From positions 81,478,864 through 81,505,073 of the forward strand of contig NC_057718.1 of NCBI RefSeq assembly GCF_004010195.1: a stretch of DNA of 26,210 bases. Reading direction: 5' to 3'. Positions 21,858 to 26,210 of this stretch are shown piece after piece. Positions within the stretch are counted from its first letter, which is position 1. The number at the start of each line of letters is the position of its first letter. The position numbers were made by a program, and so were the translations under genes. Below the pieces are notes generated by a model. It was not told the origin of the DNA, ran no database searches, and was given only the letters and a program-made list of their open reading frames with translations. The stretch is from Chiloscyllium plagiosum. Taxonomy: Eukaryota.

Positions 21858-22320
21858 GAATTGCATTAATATGTCAACTTTCGCAACTTTAAAACATCTC
21901 AAAGCACTTCACAAGCCAATGAAGTGTAATCTCCTAGGTAATATAGGAAATGTAGCAGCAAGCTCCTATAAACAGCAATGAGATAGTGACCAGATCCTTT
22001 ACGTATGTATATTTGTTTACGTTTCTGATTGGGGTGTAACTGCTCCGCAGGATATGAGGGGTGTTGGGACAGGCAGAATCCTGCACGTGTACCTGATTTA
22101 ACATTTGTTTTAGGCAAGATGACAATGCAGCTCTCCCCCTGACAATGGCAGTGCTGACAATGCAGCTCTCTCCCTGACAATGGCAGTGCTGACAATGCAG
22201 CTTTCGCCCCGTGCTACAGTCATGCATCAGCCTAGGTTTTGCACTCAAGTCAAAGGATTGGATTTGAACTGATGAACTTTTCTTTCAAAGACCAGATTGT
22301 TGCTGACCAACCACAACTGA
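21858..22320 (-). mobile_element. tRNA-headed Deu-domain SINE (SacSINE1-like)
   Basis: Minus-strand Pol III B box gttcaaatcc (22260-22269) and eroded A box near 22300-22320. Body (aaagcacttcacaagccaatgaagt, aaacagcaatgagatagtgaccagat, gacaatgcagc..ctccc) matches recalled shark DeuSINE sequence. Confidence 0.65.
22120..22210. repeat. 35-bp minisatellite, ~2.6 copies
   Basis: tgacaatgcagctctc(c/t)ccctgacaatggcagtgc starting at 22120, 22155 and 22190. Confidence 0.9.
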
Positions 22321-22619
22321 TTCAACTGCTCGTGGGTATGGCCGTAAAATGCCCAGACTCTACAATGTATGCGCTCAGAGCTTGCTGCTATAAAAAAAAA
22401 TGATTTGTAATGCTTTTTCCTGAGAGAGGAAATAAAAGTCACACAGCCATCAACTGTGAACTGTTTCTGTTCTGCTTGTGACTTCACAAGACCAAGAAGG
22501 CTGAGTTATGGTTTTTCCTTTTGTAAACCATTTTTTCAAAACAAAATTAAACAATATATAATGGTTTCAAATCATTCAAAAATGTAGCCAGATCACAGGT
22601 TGACTAGATCACGGCCCTG

Positions 22620-23230
22620 GAATTACAATGTGTCTCGCCAATGCAATTTGTGTGAAGAGATGCATTTTGGGAAGTACAGTGAGGTAAGGCAGCATAAATA
22701 AAATGGTACAGTTTCAGAGGGCGACCTTCAGTAAAGAGAGCTACAAGTTGAAATGCCCAAATCTTTGAAGGTTGCTGAACAAGTTGGTGAAGATGTTTAA
22801 AGATTAAATGGGATCTCCTTTACAAATAGAAACAAAGCATTTATACTAAATCTTTATAAATCTCTGGTTAGGCAACATCTAAAGTATTCTGTTCAATTTT
22901 GGATACCACATTTTAAGGAGGATATTAAAGTCATGTCGTGGGTTCAGAGGAATGCATCATTTACCATAATGATTAACAAGAATGAGGGGACAATGAAGTG
23001 AGAAGCCTAAAGAAGCTGGGTTAGTTCTCATTAGGGTAAGGTAACTAGAATTTTAGAAGAAATATTTGACATTAAGAAACATTTTGATTGAGTAAATAGG
23101 GATGAACCTATTTGGAGGAAGGTCAATGACCAGAGAGTACACATCTTGGGTTAAATGGTAAAGGAACCAAAGACAAGATGAGTATTTTTATAAAACACAA
23201 GTTTGTCAAGCTGAATGATGGTGTGCAATG
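22620..23230 (+). mobile_element. Old CR1 3' fragment
   Basis: ctttataaatctctggttaggcaacatctaaagtattctgttcaattttgg (LYKSLVRQHLKYSVQFW). Confidence 0.7.
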
Positions 23231-23279
23231 GATTTCCACAAAGGTCAGTGCAAGAACCACTGACCAACTCTGAGACTGT

Positions 23280-24298
23280 AATAGCGAAATGTTTCAGAAT
23301 TTGCCAATGATGCCAAAATTGGAGGAGTCATATGTAGTAAGGATGCTACTATTCAATTTCACCAGCAAAACGGGCAGACAAGTGGTAGATTGAGTTAGTA
23401 TAGAAAAGTGTGAAGTGATATATTTTGACAGGAGGAGTAGGGAGAGGCAATATAGACATAATAGTACAATGCTAAAGGGATGAAGGGGCTGAATTTCTTG
23501 TGCACAGATCTTTGAAGGTGCAAGAGCATGGTTAGCATAAAAGGAGTTTGGGCTTTATAAACAGATGTATTGAGTACAAAAGCAGGCAAATTGTAAATTT
23601 GAAATTTTAAAAACTCTGGTTAGGCTACATGAGTATTGTCTTTAGTTCTGATCTCCATCCTTCAGGCATGATGTGAAGACTCTCATGATGAGGGAATTTA
23701 ACAACAAGGTTATCTTGGAGTTAATTTCCATGGAGCAAAGGTGGTTTTAGGAGATGTGATGAAAATTGTACAAGGTTATAGTGCATCTAGATAAGGTAAT
23801 AAAATCAAAGCTATTCTCCTTACCTAATGTACAAGGGCTAATTGTCACCTATTTAAAGTCTTTAGCAAGAGATGGGCAGCAGAGCTTTCATACACTGCTA
23901 ATGACATCAGACTGTCTGCTATGAGAGAGAAGTAGAGGTAGGGATATTTGGAGGGATTTGTTTGGCCACTTATGGGAAATAAGCTTGTAGGGCTATGGGG
24001 ACAGAGCAGGGACTGGAGCTAAAAAAAACTAAAAGAACTGCGGATGCTGTAAATTTGAAATAAAAACAGAAGTTGCTGGAAAAGCTCAGCAGGTCTGGTA
24101 GCATCTGTGAAGACAAATGAAAGTTAACATTTTGGGTCCGATGACCCTCCTCAGATCAGTTCTGAGGAAGATCACTGAACCCAAAACATTAACTTTGATT
24201 TCTCTTCACAAGGGATTGGAACTGACTGAACTGCTTTGCAGAGAACGAGCATGAATTTGATTGGTTAAGTGGCCTCCTTCTGTGTCACAATGAGTCAT
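23280..24298 (+). mobile_element. Old CR1 RT C-terminus and tail, interrupted at 24021-24210
   Basis: tttgccaatgatgccaaaattggagga (FA.D.KIGG), aagtgtgaagtgatatatttt (KCEVIYF), ctctggttaggc. Tail tggcctccttctgtg. Confidence 0.75.
24021..24210. mobile_element. Fold-back PLE mini-element (family C) with two back-to-back degenerate hammerheads (24122-24156 -, 24158-24194 +)
   Basis: agtt CTGAGGA a g atcactgaaccc AAA acat t aact and its mirror copy. TSD aggga(c/t)tgga(g/a)ct at 24008-24020 and 24211-24223. Confidence 0.8.
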
Positions 24299-24409
24299 GG
24301 AGGTCTGCACCTTTGAAAAAGGCCCTTCAGCCCATTGAATCTGTGCCAGTCAAAGGCATACATCTAACTATTTTATGGCTATAGTTCTATGTTATGGTGA
24401 TCTGAACTC

Positions 24410-24610
24410 ATTTCCTGAAAGGATAGTGGCAACAGATTCAATAGGAATTTTCAAAAGGGAATTGCTTTTATAAATGAAGGGAGGAATTTTCAAAGCTATG
24501 GCAAAACAGCAGGTGAGGTAAGTGCAGCTATTCGAAAAGCTCTTTCAAAGGCTCAACACAGGCACAATCAATCAAATTGCCGCCACCTTTGCTGAATGAT
24601 TCTAGGATTC
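24410..24610 (+). mobile_element. CR1 3' tail fragment
   Basis: cctgaaaggatagtggcaacagattcaata...ttcaaaagggaattg...gctatgg...gattctaggattc. Confidence 0.55.
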
Positions 24611-24972
24611 AGCAGTGTATAACAATTAACGATCATTTAACTTCATCTCTTTCCTTTGCTAAGGGAATGGACTGCTATCATTTCCTTTCATTACAATGAT
24701 AACATTCATGTGTCACTGGTCCTACATTTCATAACTGAGGATGTTCAATAATTCATAACATCCCATATCTTTTCCAGCAGGTGGTCTTTAACTCACAGTA
24801 TTCAAACTACAGGGTGAAGATCTAAAATGTTACAGGCTACTTTTCTACATCTTGGCAAAAAAGGGTTATATTTTAACTAGGAGAAAGTGAGGTCTGCAGA
24901 TGCTGGAGATCAAAGTTGAAACTTTATTGCTGGAACAGCACAGCAGGTCAGGCAGCATCCAGGGAACAGGAG

Positions 24973-25008
24973 ATTCGACGTTTCGGGCACAGGCCCTTCT
25001 TCAGGAAT
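24973..25008 (-). ncRNA. Minimal type-I hammerhead ribozyme, intact (family A)
   Basis: Reverse complement: attc CTGAAGA a gggc ctgt gccc GAA acgt c gaat. Confidence 0.87.
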
Positions 25009-25202
25009 GAGCAGAGAGTGTTCAGCAGGAGAAGATAAAAGGTAGGGAGGAGGGACTTGGAGGAGGGGAGTTGGAAATGTGATAGGTGGAAAGAGGTCAA
25101 GGTGAGGGTGATAGGTCGGAGTAGGACGGAGGCGGAGAGGTCAAGAAGAAGACAGCAGGTCAGGAAGGCGGTGCCGGGCGGGAAGGATCCGGCTGAGACA
25201 AG

Positions 25203-25697
25203 GTGGGCACCTTCCCTTGCAACCGCAGGAGGTGCAACACTTGCGCCCACACCTCCCCCCTCACTTCCCTCCAAGGCCCCAAAGGAAACTTCCATATCCG
25301 CCACAGATTCACCTGCACCTCCACCCACATCATCTACTGCATCCGCTGCAGCCGGTGTGACCTCCTCTATATTGGGGAGACAGGCCGCCTACTTGCGGAG
25401 CGATTCAGAGAGCACCTCTGGGCCACCCGGACGAACCAACCCAACCAACATGTAGCACAGCATTTCAACTCCCCCTCCCACTCCACCGAGGATATGCAGG
25501 TCATTGGACTCATCCACCGCCAAACCACAACAACCCGACGGTCGGAGGAGGAGCGTCTTATCTTCCGACTGGGAACCCTCCAACCACAGGGGATGAACTT
25601 GGACTTCACCAGTTTCTTCATCCCCCCTCCCCCCACCTGGCTCAGCCGAATCCCTCCAGCCCGGCACCACCTTCCTGACCTGCAGTCTTCTTCTTGA
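25203..25697 (+). CDS. PLE Cys-rich linker and GIY-YIG endonuclease domain (open frame, 5'-truncated, no RT, no ATG start)
   Basis: CNRRRCNTC, HIIYCIRCSRCDLLYIGETGRLLAERFREH, HFNSPSH, EERLIFRLGTLQPQGMN. Confidence 0.85.
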   Translation: MGTFPCNRRRCNTCAHTSPLTSLQGPKGNFHIRHRFTCTSTHIIYCIRCSRCDLLYIGETGRLLAERFREHLWATRTNQPNQHVAQHFNSPSHSTEDMQVIGLIHRQTTTTRRSEEERLIFRLGTLQPQGMNLDFTSFFIPPPPTWLSRIPPARHHLPDLQSSS

Positions 25698-25829
25698 CCT
25701 CTCCGCCTCCACCCTACTCCGACCTATCACCCTCACCTTGACCTCTTTCCACCTATCACATTTCCAACGCCCCTCCTCCAACTCCCTCCTCCCTACCTTT
25801 TATCTTCTCCTGCTGAACACTCTCTGCTC

Positions 25830-25865
25830 ATTCCTGAAGAAGGGCATGTGCCCGAAACGTCGAAT
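25830..25865 (+). ncRNA. Minimal type-I hammerhead ribozyme, intact (family A)
   Basis: attc CTGAAGA a gggc atgt gccc GAA acgt c gaat. Predicted cleavage after C25861 (GUC). Confidence 0.88.
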
Positions 25866-25944
25866 CTTCTGTTCCCTAGATGCTGCCTGACCTGCTGTGC
25901 AGTTCCAGCAATAAAGTTTCAACTTTGATATGCAGCAAGACCTA

Positions 25945-26210
25945 ACTTGGAGATGTTGGTAGTGGACTGTGGTGGACAAAGATAAAAATCACACAACACC
26001 AGGTTATAGTCCAACAGGTTTATTTGGAAACACTAGCTTTCAAGGCACTGCTTCTTCATTAGGTGGTTGTGGAGAATAAGGTCATAAAACAGCATTTATA
26101 TCCAAATGAGTACAGTGTCATGGAGATGTGATGATACATTAAACAATTTAAGATAAATTTAGGATGGGATGTGTTGGTTTCTGTTCTTTGGTATGTAAAT
26201 CCCAGAACTT
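25945..26210 (-). mobile_element. Family B PLE pseudo-LTR running off the window, with mutated hammerhead at 26031-26065
   Basis: Homologous to 10523-10770. Reverse complement cac CTAATGA a gaagc agt gcctt GAA agct a gtg (G5>A). Confidence 0.85.

Larger units (their letters stand above)
24879..25929 (+). mobile_element. Young PLE derivative (family A): ~300-bp inverted pseudo-LTRs around an open GIY-YIG domain
   Basis: Arms 24909-25207 and 25632-25929 are highly similar and retain CpGs. No clear TSD. Confidence 0.92.

Noticed and set aside
22120..22210. CRISPR-like repeat array
   Set aside because: The spacers are identical, the context is eukaryotic and there are no cas genes.

Overview
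Repeat-saturated eukaryotic DNA, most likely from a cartilaginous fish (inferred from the CR1/L2 LINE remnants, a Deu-domain SINE and the Penelope-like families). No host protein-coding gene could be supported. The background is decayed CR1 and L2 LINEs, a probable solo LTR and a Harbinger-like remnant. The main signal is a dense population of Penelope-like element (PLE) derivatives carrying 19 recognisable minimal type-I hammerhead ribozyme motifs (stem I-CUGANGA-A-stem II-GAA-palindromic ACGU/AGCU-H-stem I') in four sequence families, six of them fully canonical. They occur in three larger inverted-repeat cassettes enclosing GIY-YIG endonuclease sequence and in several 135-230 bp ORF-less fold-back mini-elements. 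Eight insertions have 12-16 bp target-site duplications. Hammerheads in PLEs are known in general. The covariation between families, the mini-elements, a shared downstream stem and the insertion geometry are what merit follow-up. Boundaries of the old LINE fragments are approximate.
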